In this document: one piece after another, positions 37,184-49,850 of the stretch | Layout of the letters: each line of letters starts with the position of its first letter | Numbering within the stretch: position 1 is the first letter of the stretch | Source of the DNA: Felis catus | Lineage: Eukaryota | DNA length: 64,000 nt | Assembly: GCF_018350175.1 (NCBI RefSeq) | Contig: NC_058368.1 | Coordinates: forward strand, 179,430,001 to 179,494,000 | Reading direction: 5' to 3' | Position numbers and translations under genes: made by a program | The notes under the pieces: model-generated | The model's input: only the letters and a program-made list of their open reading frames with translations | The model's database searches: none | Told to the model about the DNA's origin: nothing

Positions 37184-38298
37184 GTTTAATTTTTTAAATC
37201 ATAAATATGGGATTTTTTTTCTTGATCTCTGGTAAAATTGGTTTCAATATTTTGACTCACTATTCTTATCTATTTATTTTAAAATGAGTTTGGATTTTGA
37301 TGTCCAGCATATTGCCCACTTGTTGCACTCTCTGTTTGCATATTTAATCAGAATTCCCTTTATTTAAGTTAATTAAACTGTTGAAGAAGATAGGCCACTC
37401 CGGAGCTCTATGGGGTGAAAGAGTGTACCCCATCCCCAACCAGGTGAATTTTGATCAACATTATGGAGGTCTGGTCAATTAAATGCTATAAACTCTCCAT
37501 ACTGTAATATCATTCAGTTCTTAGTTCTTTATCATTTCATGTAATCCGTGCTTAGGAAATGAAGAAATGAAGTTATCTCCCTCCTCCATGGCATAGGGGA
37601 AAGCATATAGCCAAGAACAGGATTCATATCTTTGTTCTTTAACATACTTGTTGGGTGTCATATGAAAAATCACTTAAATTTGCCCTGGATGTTCTCATAT
37701 GCAAAAAAAGATAACACTATTACATTTTTCACTGCTTACTGAGAAAATTAAGAATGGTAATAATTAGAATAAGTTCTGCATGAAATGAAGATATTGTTTA
37801 TTTCAGTAACTGGATCAGGAAACAGATCATCTTTTATTATTGTATATGTTTTAAACATGCAGATGAAGAAAAAAGGCTCAGAGAAGAAAGGTGTCACCAA
37901 TATTCAAACTCATATCTGTTTTGCTTAAAAATATATTATCTTTCCATAATGCTATGGTACTTCACTGAGAATTACCTGTTTAAAGTGCTTTGTATTATAA
38001 AGTCCCAGATTAATATGAATTGTTGTTATAATTTAGTTTACCAGTTAGAAAAGACAGTTAGGTTCATTTAGCATAATTTATCCTTTGTGAATGCAAGTAG
38101 CCTCTTGATGATTACAGATTCACCTTTTGTATACTTACAAATCACCTTTCAATAATTATTGTTGCTAGTTTTTTACTTTAGACACAATAGGTTTATAAAT
38201 TCTAGAATCATTCCTTCTTTCTCAGAAAAAATCTGACTATTTATCCTTCTCCAGGTTTCTAGTACTTCTGACATTGAGAAATATGCTATGTTATTGTA

Positions 38299-38350
38299 TG
38301 TGCATGCGTGCGTGTGTGCGTGCGTGTGTGTGTGTGTGTATGTGTGTGTG
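38299..38350. repeat. (TG)n/(TGCG)n microsatellite
   Basis: Seen directly. Confidence 0.9.
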
Positions 38351-38423
38351 TTTTCTACAAACTGCTTACATGTAACTGTGGAGTTACACAAACCGTAGTC
38401 AGGTATTAAAATGAATAACAGAA

Positions 38424-38648
38424 GGGCTCTGGGGTGGCTCAGTCGGTTAAGCATCAGACTCTTGATTTCAGCTCAGGTCCTGATCTCATGGTTCAGTTCA
38501 TGAGATCGAGCCCTGTACAAGGCTCAGTTGTGGACAGTGTGGAGCCTGCTTCAGATTCTCTCTCTCTGCCCCTCCCCTACTTGCACGTGTGCACTCTGTC
38601 TCCCAAACTAAAACTGAAACTAAAACTAAAACTAAAACTAAACTAAAC
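38424..38648 (+). mobile_element. Can-SINE with (AAAACT)n tail
   Basis: TSD tgaataacagaa at 38412-38423 and 38649-38660. Confidence 0.92.
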
Positions 38649-39089
38649 TGAATAACAGAAATAGAGAATTATCCTAGATGATCAAGAAAGTGAACAGTGT
38701 GAATTGCAGGTATCAGCAAAGACCTCATAGTAAGGACTGTAATTCTAGACTCCAAAAGATCAGTCCTTCATTTTTGAGTTTTCCCTGATCAAGCAAGGAA
38801 GCATTGATTGTGTTCCTTGGAGATTTCAAGAATCTGTTTATACTTTCCTGTGCTTTTTGGGCTCCTTCTGTCTGCATTGGTACCCAGAAGCAGTGCTGAC
38901 TGTCAGAGCTGTCTGGTTCACTCCTCTCAGCCTGTGGCCATGAACTGAGATACACTGAGCTGAGGGAACCATCAGAAGAGTCTGGGGGAAAACTTGTGTT
39001 GACTGAAAAGCAGGGGGTAGTTATTGCCCACAATGTCTGAGAAGATGGAGCTGCAACAAGCCCAGGCACTTTTGCCCAAAATCTGTAGG

Positions 39090-40070
39090 TTTGTAATTTA
39101 TTTATATTATAAACATGTATCTAACACTTACTCTATACTGGGCACTGGGCTAAATGTTGGAGATAAAAAATCAAGCCAAATGTGTCTTCTAGGAAGTTTC
39201 TCACAGACGATGAAAATTGAACTTCTTAGTTGAGTTTTGAAGAGACACTAGCTATTAGTTGGATGAAGATGTTAACAGAGGTAAGGTATACCAGAGAGTG
39301 AAAACAGGTCAGGGGAAGCAAGTAGAAAAGCATGAAATAACCTGTCAAATCTGGGAAACTGAAAATGCTTCTGGATGACTAGACAATGCATTGACTGTGA
39401 AGAAGTGATGGGGGCAAAGTTGGAGGAGTGGTCAGGAGCCAGATGATGAAGAATTTTTGTTGCTAAATCTTATCCTAAAAGCTGTGGTGGCCTACTGAAG
39501 GAATTTAATCAGCATAATGGAATGATTAAAGCTATGCTTTTGGAAGATGTCTTTTATGAGATGTGTACAGAGTAAATGGGAAAAGAACCATTTTGAAACC
39601 CAGAAAGTCTAGTTAGGAGACTATGGGAGTAATCAGATTAGAAACTATGGCTACTGACTAGAGCAGTGGCCATTAGTGGGAGTCAAGTAGAAGGAACAAA
39701 TGCAAATGATATTAAAGGATGTATAATTTGCATCCTTGGTGTTAAGAGGGACGACATGGGAAGAAAGGGATAATAATACAGTGAAGAGTCTGGGTTAATT
39801 CTCACATTTCCTATATGGCTCAATGCATTGATTATGATTCCTTTCATTGAGATAGGGTATGAAGCAGGAGGATCAAGTTTTGGGCGGTCAGATGATGAAT
39901 TCAGTCTTTGACATGTTAAGATTTGGGTCTACAGGATTTCTAAGGAGATATTTCAGTTGGAAGTTTTATATAAGAATCTGAAGCTCATTTAAAAAAAAGG
40001 GAGGAGAAAGAAATTCATCAATATATAAAAATGGTGGTTTGAAGCCATGGATTGACATGGAAGGAGGAGA
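39090..40070 (-). mobile_element. L2 remnant
   Basis: 'aacacttactctatactgggcactgggctaaatgttggagat...gatgatgaattcagtctttgacatgttaagatt' resembles reverse-complement L2. Confidence 0.7.
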
Positions 40071-40117
40071 TACCAATAACCATTATTTTGGAAGATCTGT
40101 CCAAACATATACTTCTT

Positions 40118-40490
40118 GCCATTTGCAATGATGTGGATGGAGCTAGAGTGAATTATGCTAAGCAAAATAAGTCAGTCAGAGAAAGACACATACCACATGA
40201 TTGCACTCATATGTGGAATTTAAGAAACAAAACATATGGAAAAGGAAGGGGAAGAGAAAGGGAAATAAGTGATGAGAGGCTCTTAAAGGTAGAGAATAAA
40301 CTGAGGGTTGATGGAGGGAGGTGAGTGGGGGATGGGCCAGATATATGATGGATATTAAGGAGGGCACTTATTACAATGAGCACTGGGTGTTGTATGTAAT
40401 TGATGAATCACTGAATTCTACTCCTGAAACCAATATTGCACTCTATATTAACTAGCTAGAATTTAAATACAATTTTGGAAGAAAAAAAAA
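40118..40490 (+). mobile_element. 5'-truncated felid/carnivore L1 3' end with poly(A)
   Basis: 'gccatttgcaatgatgtggatggagctagag' ORF2 end and 3'UTR; degenerate TSD at 40103-40117 and 40491-40505. Confidence 0.9.
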
Positions 40491-41049
40491 AACCATACAC
40501 TTCTTCTCTAAGAACTCTCCCTCACCTGATCCACAGGTGGACATATTTGAACTGTGTGACTTTGCCATACTGTCCTAATAGTCATAACTAGTGGGTCCAA
40601 ACTGGACTAATCAGAATATATCATCTAGGGGATCTGACATTGAAACATCCTTGCACAATATCTCTGCATGTTGTTTGGCTGGGGAAATGTAAATGCAGGA
40701 AGTATGGGGCAACCACATTTGGCTATGAAAAAGCTAAACAAGTTGAGAGGAATGGAGGCAAGCCTGGGGAGGTAAGAGAGAGAAGTTTCTATTGCCTAAT
40801 GGTTTTTGAGACTCTGAAAACTCTTCAAGAAGCCTTGGTTCCTGGAAATACCCCAAAAATTCTTCCAATAAATTCCAGTCCACCCCCTCAAACACCCTTT
40901 AATCTTGTATGGAATGAACATGTTACTTACGAACAGAGGGAGAATTAGACTATAACTACTTTGAGCCTTAATGAAAGTATGAATCTAGGCAGTAAATAGT
41001 GATAGCTGCTAACAAAACAAAAACTAAACAATCAAATATTATGTGTCTC

Positions 41050-41900
41050 CTAGGTAAAATTGGACAGCATTACTTATGGTGAATCACTGCTAGAAAATCA
41101 ACCTTGGGTCTGATCAAGTCTCTAAATCCAACTAACAGTTTACAGGAAATATAGGGTTAGAGGAGCATGTTAAACTTTACCATGGGGATAAAACTGGTAA
41201 AACCTAGACAGTGGCAAGCATTACTAAATTACCTTACTTTTTTTATGCAAAAAAAGAGGTGGGAAGAGGTGGAAAGATGATCCAAAAAGTTAAATGAGAG
41301 TTAAGGGACACATGAATCAATTTTAATATATAGACCTGATTTTGATCTTGAGTCAGATTTTTTAACTAAAGAAATTTTTTCACTGGACATTTTATGATAT
41401 TAAGGAATTATTTTAATTATGATGATATTATGACTATTTTTAAATAGTCACACACCCTTTGAGATACATACACAAATAGTAACAGATGAAAAATATATAT
41501 ATATATTTTTTTCCAACGTTTATTTATTTTTGGGACAGAGAGAGACAGAACATGAACGGGCGAGGGGCAGAGAGAGAGGGAGACACAGAAACGGAAACAG
41601 GCTCCAGGCTCCGAGCCATCAGCCCAGAGCCCGACGCGGGGCTAGAACTCCCGGACCGCGAGATCATGACCTGGCTGAAGTCAGACGCTTAACCGACTGC
41701 GCCACCCAGGCACCCCGAAAAATATATTTTTTTGGATTTCCCTCAAAATTATTAGAATGTGGCAGAGCTAAGCAATGAGTATAGATGAATCAAATTGGTC
41801 CTGGAGTAGATAATAATTGACACTGAGGGTTCACTATATTATTCTCTCTACTTTTTATGTGTTTGAAATTTATAACAACATAACAAAAATTTGGTTGCTT
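41050..41900 (+). mobile_element. Ancient L1M (MC/MD/ME-like) 3'UTR
   Basis: 'gagggttcactatattattctctctactttttatgtgtttgaaattt' terminal motif. Confidence 0.6.
41499..41716 (-). mobile_element. Young SINEC_Fc, CpG-rich
   Basis: 'ccgagccatcagcccagagcccgacgcgggg...ttaaccgactgcgccacccaggcacccc'; TSD gaaaaatatat at 41488-41498 and 41717-41727. Confidence 0.96.
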
Positions 41901-42036
41901 TTTTAATAATAGCTTGACATACCCAGGAATTGACATCTGAATATCAATGTGATATACACTATCAATAAAGGATAAAACCCACATGATCCTTTCAATAGAT
42001 GAGAAAAAGCATTTGACAAAATCAACACCCCTTCAT

Positions 42037-42038
<2 letters not shown>

Positions 42039-42081
<43 letters not shown>
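42039..42081. repeat. (CA)n microsatellite, about 21 units
   Basis: Seen directly. Confidence 0.95.
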
Positions 42082-42084
<3 letters not shown>

Positions 42085-42584
42085 CTTACCAAACTAGAAA
42101 TATAAAGGGACTTTCTCAACTTAATAAAGGTTGTCTACAAAAAAAAAAAAACCCAATAAATACGATACTTCATTGTGAAAGACTCAATGCTTTCACTCTA
42201 AGATCAAGAACAAGACCAGGATGCCTGCTTTTGCTGTTTATTTAACATTCTGCTAGAAGTTCTAACCAGCACAATTAGACAAGAAAATTAAATAGACATT
42301 TAATTTAAATTTTAAAATAAGAAATATTTAAGTTTAAAATGACATTTAAGTTTTAAAGGAAGAAATAGAACAATCTCTATTTATAGATGATATGACCTTC
42401 TATGCAGGAAATCCTAAAGAATCCACTAAAAAACTATTAGAATAATAAATAAGTTCACTAAAGGTTCAAGACATAAGATCAATATACAAAAATCAATTGC
42501 ATTTCTATACATTAGCAATGAGCAATCTGAAAATGAAATTAAGAAAACAATTGTATTTATATTAGTATCAGAAAGAATAATAGA

Positions 42585-42774
42585 GGGGTGCCTGGGTGGC
42601 TCAGTCAGTTAAGTGTCTGACTTCAGCTCAGGTCATGATCTCACAGTTTGTGAGTTTGAGCCCACATCAGGCTCTCAGATGTCAGCACAGAGCCACTTTG
42701 GATCCTTGGTCTTCTTCTCTGTGCCCTTCTCCTGTTTGCTCACGTTCTCTTTCTCTCAAAAATAAACACTTAAA
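42585..42774 (+). mobile_element. SINEC_Fc nested in L1
   Basis: 'ggggtgcctgggtggctcagtcagttaagtgtctgacttcagctcagg'. Confidence 0.93.
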
Positions 42775-42848
42775 AAAGAATAAATGGAATCCAAAAAATA
42801 ACACACTTAACAACTGATTTAACAAAATACTACAAAACTTATAATCTA

Positions 42849-43078
42849 GGGGCCCCTGGGTGGCTTAGTCAGCTAAGTGTCCAACTTTGGCTCAGATCGT
42901 GATCTCAGGGTCCGTAGGTTTGAGCTCCGCGTTGGGCTCTGTGCTGACAGCGCAGAGCCTGGAGCCTGTTTCCGATTCTGTGTCTCTCTCTGTTTCTGCC
43001 CCCCCCCAACTCATGCTCTGTCTCTCTCTCTCTCTCTTAAAAAATAAATAAACATTAAAAATTTTTAAATAAAAATAA
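42849..43078 (+). mobile_element. SINEC_Fc nested in L1
   Basis: TSD aaaactta(t/c)aatct at 42834-42847 and 43079-43092. Confidence 0.94.
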
Positions 43079-43364
43079 AAAACTTACAATCTGAAAACCA
43101 TAAAACATTGATGAAAGAAACTAAAGAACTGAATAAATGGAAAGAAATGTCATGTTCATGAATCAGAGGCTTAATATTGTTATGATAACAGTATGTCCCC
43201 AAATGATTGACAGATTCAATGTAATTACTATTCGGATCCCAGTTTGCATCTTTTCAGAAATTAACAAGCTTCATGTAGAAGTACAAGGGAATAAGCATGG
43301 CCAAAACAGTTTTGAAAAAGAACAATGTTGGAGGACTCATGCTTTCTGATTTTAAAATTTTGTA

Positions 43365-43725
43365 CAATGCTAAGCAAAATAAGTCAGTCAGAAAAAGATA
43401 AATATCATATGATTTCATTCATGTGGAATTTAAGAAAGAAAACAGATGAATATAGGGGAAGGGAAAGAAAAGTAAGGTAAAAACAGAGAGGGAGGAAAAC
43501 CATAAGAGATTCTTAAATACAGAGAACAAACTGAGAGTTGTTGGAGGGGTGTTGGGTGGGGGGGATGGGCTAAATGGGTGATGGGCATTAAGGAGAGCAC
43601 TTGTTGGGATGAGGAAGCACTGGGTGTTATATGTAAGTGATGGATCACCAAATTCTTCCTGAAATCATTATTACAGTATATGTTAACTAACTTGGAATTA
43701 AATACAATTTAAAAATTAAAAAAAA
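43365..43725 (+). mobile_element. Felid L1 3' end nested in the older L1
   Basis: 'atgctaagcaaaataagtcagtcagaaaaagat...gttaactaacttggaattaaat' plus A tail; the host L1 resumes afterwards. Confidence 0.88.
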
Positions 43726-44254
43726 CAGTACATATCTATACTAATCAAAACAATGTCATACTGGCATAATGATAGACATATAACTCAATGGAATAGAATT
43801 GAAAGTCCTGAAATAAGACTCTCACTTTCAAGAATGGAAAGTTCTCTTTCTACTAAACAGTGATGACTATTAAGAACAGAGTGGTTGCTTTTTACCAGGG
43901 GAGAGGGAAATGTAGGCCATTTGACCCTACTTAATTTTGATGGCTTTAATATATAGGTCATTAGAAAAAACTTAAAGTCTTGTGCATATGTAAAACAGTT
44001 CATAAAAATCAGAAGACACAGAAAAAAAGGAGAGAAGACACTAATTACAACTACAATGGTGATGCCAATTACAGCCAACATTTATATAACATTTACTAAA
44101 TGCCACTCCTATTTCCAAATATTTTAAATTTATTAAGTAATTTAATACAAAAATCATAACTACCATTATTATTCTCATTATGTAGATGAGAAAACTGAAG
44201 CACTAAGAGTTTGTATAACTTACCCACAAGCAGAGAGTTGGAAGTGTTAAGACA

Positions 44255-44410
44255 GGGGTACTCAACACTGACTGCACATAAGAATCATGTCAGGAGCTTG
44301 TAAAACACTTAATGATCTACCCATACCTCAGACCAATTAATTCAGACCCTGGTGGGTTTTTAAATCTCCCAGATGATTTCAATGTGCAGCCAAGGCTAAG
44401 AATCACTGTA
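44255..44410. mobile_element. MER5-family MITE
   Basis: 'ctcaacactgactgcacataagaatcatgtcaggagcttgtaaaa...gatgatttcaatgtgcagccaaggctaagaatcactg'. Confidence 0.7.
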
Positions 44411-44806
44411 TTAAGGCCCAGTTCTTACCCAATGACCAGAGTAAGAGGCCGACTCACCTAATATTACAGCATCCTCTGGGTTTAAAGACTGAGTTTTCAG
44501 AAGGTAGTTCCTAGAGCATTGCGTGAACATTGAAATGCAAGTGAATTGAAAATTGTCATGTCTCCAACAAGACCTTGGATCTGTGTTTTAACTGTCCTAC
44601 AAGGTAATTCTGATGCTTATTCAAGTTTGGGAACCAGTAATATAAGGATTAGGACAAGTTTCTCCTCCTGTCTTATATCATGGCTTAGGAGACCAAAAAT
44701 CTGAATTTAATGCAGAGTTTTGTCTGTAGATGTTTATCCACCAGCAAGTGTTTTGACCATGAAGTCCTCAGATTTCTTTGGTTGTGAAGAGAAAGACAAA
44801 ATCTCT

Positions 44807-45015
44807 TTCTTTTTAAAAATTTTTTTAATGTTCTTATTTTATTTTTGAGAGAGACAGAGTGCTAGCGGGGGGAGAGAGGGAGACAGAATCTGAAGCAGGC
44901 TCCAGGCTCTGAGCTGTCTTCACAGAGCCTGACATGGGGCTTGAACTCACTGACTGTGAGATCATGACCTGAGCCAAAGTCGGACACTTAACTGACTGAG
45001 CCACCCAGGCTCCCC
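44807..45015 (-). mobile_element. SINEC_Fc
   Basis: TSD at 44791-44806 and 45017-45032 (2 mismatches). Confidence 0.93.
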
Positions 45016-45139
45016 TGAAGGACAAAATTTCTAAGATATTCCCTGAGGTTAAAAGTCTGCATTCAGATAATTCTTCCATAGGTTTCAGAACTGATTCAAG
45101 TTCCCTGGTGGAAGGAGATTTTCCTAAACCATAAACAAA

Positions 45140-45375
45140 TGCATAGCAAAGTGATTAAGAGCATGGCCTCCTGGCTCTATCTAGGTTTGAATACCATTTA
45201 TACTTCTTCCTATCTGATCTTAGAAAAGTTTTTAAATCTGTGAGCCTCAGTCTTTATTATAAAGTTGGATTCCTATTCATACTTAGACTTGTATCAAGGG
45301 TTAAAAAAAAGTGCTTATAGAACACTTAACATCAACTCAGGCACACAGTGAACTCTCAATAAATGAAAGCTATAT
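45140..45375 (+). mobile_element. MIR
   Basis: 'gcatagcaaagtgattaagagcatgg...ctgtgagcctcagtc...gcacacagtgaactctcaataaatg'. Confidence 0.8.
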
Positions 45376-46359
45376 TTATATTTATAATTATTTTTTCATA
45401 CTGGTTATTGCACAAAATTTGAATTTCAATATTGTCCCTATTTCCAGGCATACTTCAGAGGCAGGTATGAAATGAGAAAGCTTTGGAAATTAGAAGAGAA
45501 AGTGACTGTAGAGGACATGGGGCTATGAGCAGAGATTATATAACAAGAAGGAAATCCTAGGATCATTTAGTCTTACAGCTGCCAGGGACCTTAACTGTCT
45601 TCTAGATCAACCTTCCAACCCTGTGGATCTGGGGAAAGAGGCCATGTTAGAGTAGAGTCTTGGCCTTGGAGGGGCATCAATTTATGAAGCCTTAATGGGT
45701 GGGGTCCTATTAATGGATGTGACTGGGATTGGGTTCCTCCAGAGGCTTTCAGCCTACAAATAGACTACTTTTAATTCAAAGTGAAAAGAAAAGCCAATGT
45801 AGGAGACAGAAGATTGTGTATTGAGGAAGACCCACATTGTCTTAACCATCAAACCAAAATTTAAGTGTCCTCTCAGCTCACCAGAATGGCTCCTGGAAGT
45901 AATGCACCTTGCATACTGACAGGTGTTTCACCTATCAGAAAATTCTATGTCAGACACCTACAAGATTTACCACCTGTGCTACAAAATTATCAGTATCTTT
46001 CCAGTGCTAAATACTAATTTTACACACACACATGAGATGAAGGCCAATGAGAGGGGAGGATGCAGAATGGAATTAAGGTTGAAAGAGTAACACAGGGCTG
46101 AGGAGGGCACTGGAAGATATTCTTGGCTATGAGAAAGCAGAGTGGGGTGCTGATACCTGAGGCCAGAGGCATGAGAAGGAATTGTCAGGTGTAGAAAGCA
46201 GATGTGAGAGAGTGTTGAGGGCAAACTGTACTCTCTTAACAATCGTGTATTTTTAATCCCTGGTCTGTGATAGTCTGCTACTTTCTCAAAAGCAGAGGAG
46301 GGTGGAAAGTAAAAGACCCTGAATCACTGTAGCGATATAGGTCTTCTGGGAAACAGCCT

Positions 46360-46747
46360 CTAATAATTTTCTGGGGCTGCTTAAACAAAATTCAGAGGCT
46401 AGAAGTCCAAAACCAAGGTGTTAGCAGGGTTGGTACCTTCTAAGTTCTGTGAGGGAGAATTTGTTTCATGCCTCTCCTAGCTTCTGATGACCTCAGGCAT
46501 TCCTTGGCTTACAGATGGTATTCTCCCTGGGACTTCACATTTGCTCCTTCTGTATATGTCTGTCTCTGTGTCCAAATTTCCCCTTTCATAAGGACACAGT
46601 CATATTGGATTATGGCCCACCCTAATGACCTTATATTAATTTGACCATCTGCAAAGACCCATGATTTCTAAATAAGGTCACATCCATAGTTACTAGGGGT
46701 TAGGACTTCAATACCGTTTGGACAGAAACACAGTTCAAACCATAACA
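46360..46747 (-). mobile_element. MLT1B/C-like solo LTR
   Basis: 'gaggctagaagtccaaaaccaaggtgttagcagggttgg...aaggacacagtcatattggatt...cagttcaaaccataaca'. Confidence 0.85.
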
Positions 46748-47197
46748 TAGCCCATGCTCTGCTCCCATCTTCTGGTTAACATGAGGCCTACAGAAACTTC
46801 CCTTGGTCACTAGATTTCTTGAGTCCAGTTTTCTATCTCTAATTCAGGGCTGCATGTCTTTCAGGCACATTCCCTATTGTCTTCCATGTGGAGAAGTGTA
46901 GGGGATCCTGTACCTCCCTGAAAGGTACTCTGTCTAGCAGAGAAAAGCCTCAAAGTCCTCTCCCTATAGCTGTTGACAGGCAGCTGTTGCACAAAGAAAA
47001 TGTAGATCTGGGAGGAACCTCAGTACTCATGTGGTCCATACTATAGAAAAGTGGAGTTGGACCCAAAAAGTCATTTTTGTTCAGGTGCATGGCAGAACCA
47101 GTTACAAACTCAGTTTCCTCATTTGAAGGGCAACACTCTTCCCATTCCACTTTTGACCAACTCAGTATTGTGTTAGGCACTGTAAGAGAGTCAAAGT

Positions 47198-47606
47198 ATA
47201 ATATTCCATTAGTTAAAGATGTGCATTATTTCATGTTTTTAAAATCTTTGGAATAGAGGGGCGCCTGGGTGGCACAGTCGGTTAAGCGTCCGACTTCAGC
47301 CAGGTCATGATCTCGCGGTCCCTGAGTTCGAGCCCCGCGTCAGGCTCTGGGCTGATGGCTCGGAGCCTGGAGCCTGTTCCCGATTCTGTGTCTCCCTCTC
47401 TCTGCCCCTCCCCCGTTCATGCTCTGTCTCTCTCTGTCCAAAAAATAAATAAACGTTGAAAAAAAAATTTAATAAAAAAAATCTTTGGAATAGAGATGCT
47501 ATTTATAATCAATGGCAAGTGTAATTGGCAGCATTTTCTCTTTATTAGTGGAATACAACAGTAAACACACATCGTACTTAGATATCTTAAATCCAATAAA
47601 ATATAG
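47198..47606. mobile_element. MER104-like Tc2 MITE split by a SINE
   Basis: 'aagatgtgcattatttcatgtttt' continues after the SINE as 'aatcaatggc...taattggcagcattttctctttattagtgg'. Confidence 0.6.
47258..47477 (+). mobile_element. Young SINEC_Fc with intact CpGs
   Basis: Perfect 17-bp TSD aaaatctttggaataga at 47241-47257 and 47478-47494. Confidence 0.97.
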
Positions 47607-47769
47607 TTTAAGAAATAATCCCAGCCTTCATGGTGTCTCCCCTCTAGTTAGGAAGATAATATTTTGTCATTTGATGTCATAATAAGCATTATTAAGACAG
47701 ACTGTAACTTAGAAATTCACACTAACAGCTTTGGCTACAGAAAAAGAAAAAAATAATTGAAAATTCACA

Positions 47770-48460
47770 ACTCATCATGTCCCTAACCACTCCCTTTTTA
47801 AAATCCTTCCAACAGCTTCTTCTTGCTCTTAGGATGAAGACTAAACTCCTTATGTGGACCATGAGATTTGGTATGTCCTGGCACTTGTTAAGTTTCTATC
47901 CTCATCTTGCACCACTCTTCTTCTTTCGCTCTCTCCACAGTGGTCCTCTGTTTTTCTTTTCTTTTCTTTTCTTTTCTTTTCTTTTCTTTTCTTTTCTTTT
48001 CTTTTCTTTTCTTTTCTTTTCTATTTATTTATGTTTGTTTGTTTGTTTGTTTTAGTCCATCTTATTTCTATGCCCCCCCCCCCGGAATTTTCCCTTGCTG
48101 TTTCCTCTTCTTGGAGTGTCTTCCTTACATTCTTCAACCAGATAACTCTTAATCCTTCTTCCGATTTCTTTAAAAGAGTCACTTCTTTGGAAAAACTTTC
48201 TCTAATTTTCTGATTAAGTCAAATTGGTTCCTTATATGCTCTCAAAGCAATGTGTATCCTTTTCTTTGTAGCCCTTGCCATGAATACATATAGTTACATA
48301 TTAATTTGATCATTTGAATAATACCAGTTTCTCCTATTAGACTTGAAGCTCCTTGGGGATGGATTCCTGTCTGTTTTTCTCATTATTGTGTCCCAGGACC
48401 TAGCATAAACCCTGGTACATGGATGATGCAAATACATATATATTGATGAATAAATGATGA
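47770..48460 (+). mobile_element. L2 3' region containing a (CTTTT)n repeat
   Basis: 'aaatccttccaacagcttcttcttgctcttaggatgaagactaaactcc...ctattagacttgaagctccttgggga...gatgaataaatg'. Confidence 0.75.
47951..48020. repeat. (CTTTT)n pentanucleotide repeat
   Basis: Seen directly, about 13 units. Confidence 0.95.
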
Positions 48461-49474
48461 ATCTGTACATGTTCACAGAAGATGTCATGGTAGCTTTGTG
48501 ATTTGACCCTCATCTTGCAAATGGTGGGCAGTGAGCATCAGAATATTACAGTCATTGGGTCACACTAACATGAAGGAAAATCTCAATTCTGCCTTCAGTG
48601 GAATTATTGAGATCATTAAATTATCATATACAAAACACTTGTGCAGTATCTGGACTGCAGATAACACTTAATAAATCACAGCCTTTATTGTTGTTACTAC
48701 ATGCTTATGTCTAAGAGGCTGTTTGGAGGTTGGGGTCATGCCCGATTTTTGCACATTTGTAGTACCTTCTGCCTGCCACGTGTCCATAAACATCCATAAC
48801 TGAACACATGGCATTAAGGTTAAAGAAATGTTTCTGGGAGCAAGTATAGGAATGATTGAATTTTCTTTGTGTCTAGGTCCATGTCTAAATAATAACTGTA
48901 AAAGTTGCCTTTATGTTTTTCAAGAAATCATTTATGAATGGTAGGAAATCCTTCTGAATGGTAGGGAGCTATCTAATCTTTCTCAGTGCAAATGTTCCTC
49001 ATGCAGCATCTGTGATTCAGCAGCATTTTCAGGTTTGGCACCAGTACATGGTTTTAAAGGGGAATAGAATCCCTAAATCAAATCATGGGGCAGGGGCTTA
49101 TTAATGCCCCTGGCTTATGAATTCCCACTGTGGCACCCAGGGCTGTTCACAAGCTCCTGGCTCCTAGCTACTTCATCTGGCTGTCATTTTTGGCTGCAAG
49201 CCTCATAATATAGAAAGTATGTCACAATGTGTTTAAGAATAAATTTGTTTTCTCTCATTAGGCCTAGATTTTGAGGAGTCCTTTAAATCCATTAATATTG
49301 GCATTTTTCAGCAGAGAAACATTTCACCTGTTTTTACCTTTGGTCATTGATTTTAGTTCCATTTTATAACACTATTTGTCTGTGTATTGGTTCTCTATTC
49401 TTTTATCTCTAATTCTCTCTAAATGTCTTTATAGTTTTGGGGTGGGTGTGTGCATGTGTGTGTGTGTGTGTGAA

Positions 49475-49669
49475 TTAACATTACTTTGAGATCATTGTAG
49501 ATTCACATACAGGTGTAAGAAATAATATATAAAGATCCCATATACCCTTTGTTCAGTTTTCTTCCAGGGTAATATCTTTCAAAAATATAATAAAGCATCA
49601 CAGACAGGATATTGACATTTCTACAACCTACCAATCTTATTCAGATTTCCCCAGTTTTACTTGTACTCA

Positions 49670-49703
<34 letters not shown>

Positions 49704-49850
49704 TGCATACTTAGTTATGTGTAATGTTGTTACATGTGTTGGCCCATTTTCCACCTCCATAGTCAAGACACAGAATAGTTCCATCACCACAAATATCCCT
49801 GACATTGCCTTGTTATAATGACACTCAACTCCTTCTTGCCTGACTCCTCA
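49475..49850 (-). mobile_element. L1MC-like 3' end with (TG)n tracts
   Basis: 'ttgtagattcacatacaggtgtaagaaataat...tcagatttccccagttttacttgtactc'. Confidence 0.75.

Larger units (their letters stand above)
36430..37560 (-). mobile_element. Possible L3/CR1 remnant hosting the SINE and U6 insertions
   Basis: Weak resemblance ('cttttcactatcctggg...tttgtcaaggttcttttcaaaatatg') to CR1/L3; highly diverged. Confidence 0.3.
41915..43815 (+). mobile_element. Old L1 ORF2 (RT to C-terminal) fragment with nested insertions
   Basis: 'aaaagcatttgacaaaatc', 'aagatcaagaacaagaccaggatgcc', ORF 43137 'LNIV...PQMIDRFNVITIRIP'. Confidence 0.85.

Noticed and set aside
47777..48213. Hydrophobic 'FFSFL' ORFs as membrane proteins
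   Set aside because: They derive from the (CTTTT)n repeat inside an L2 remnant.
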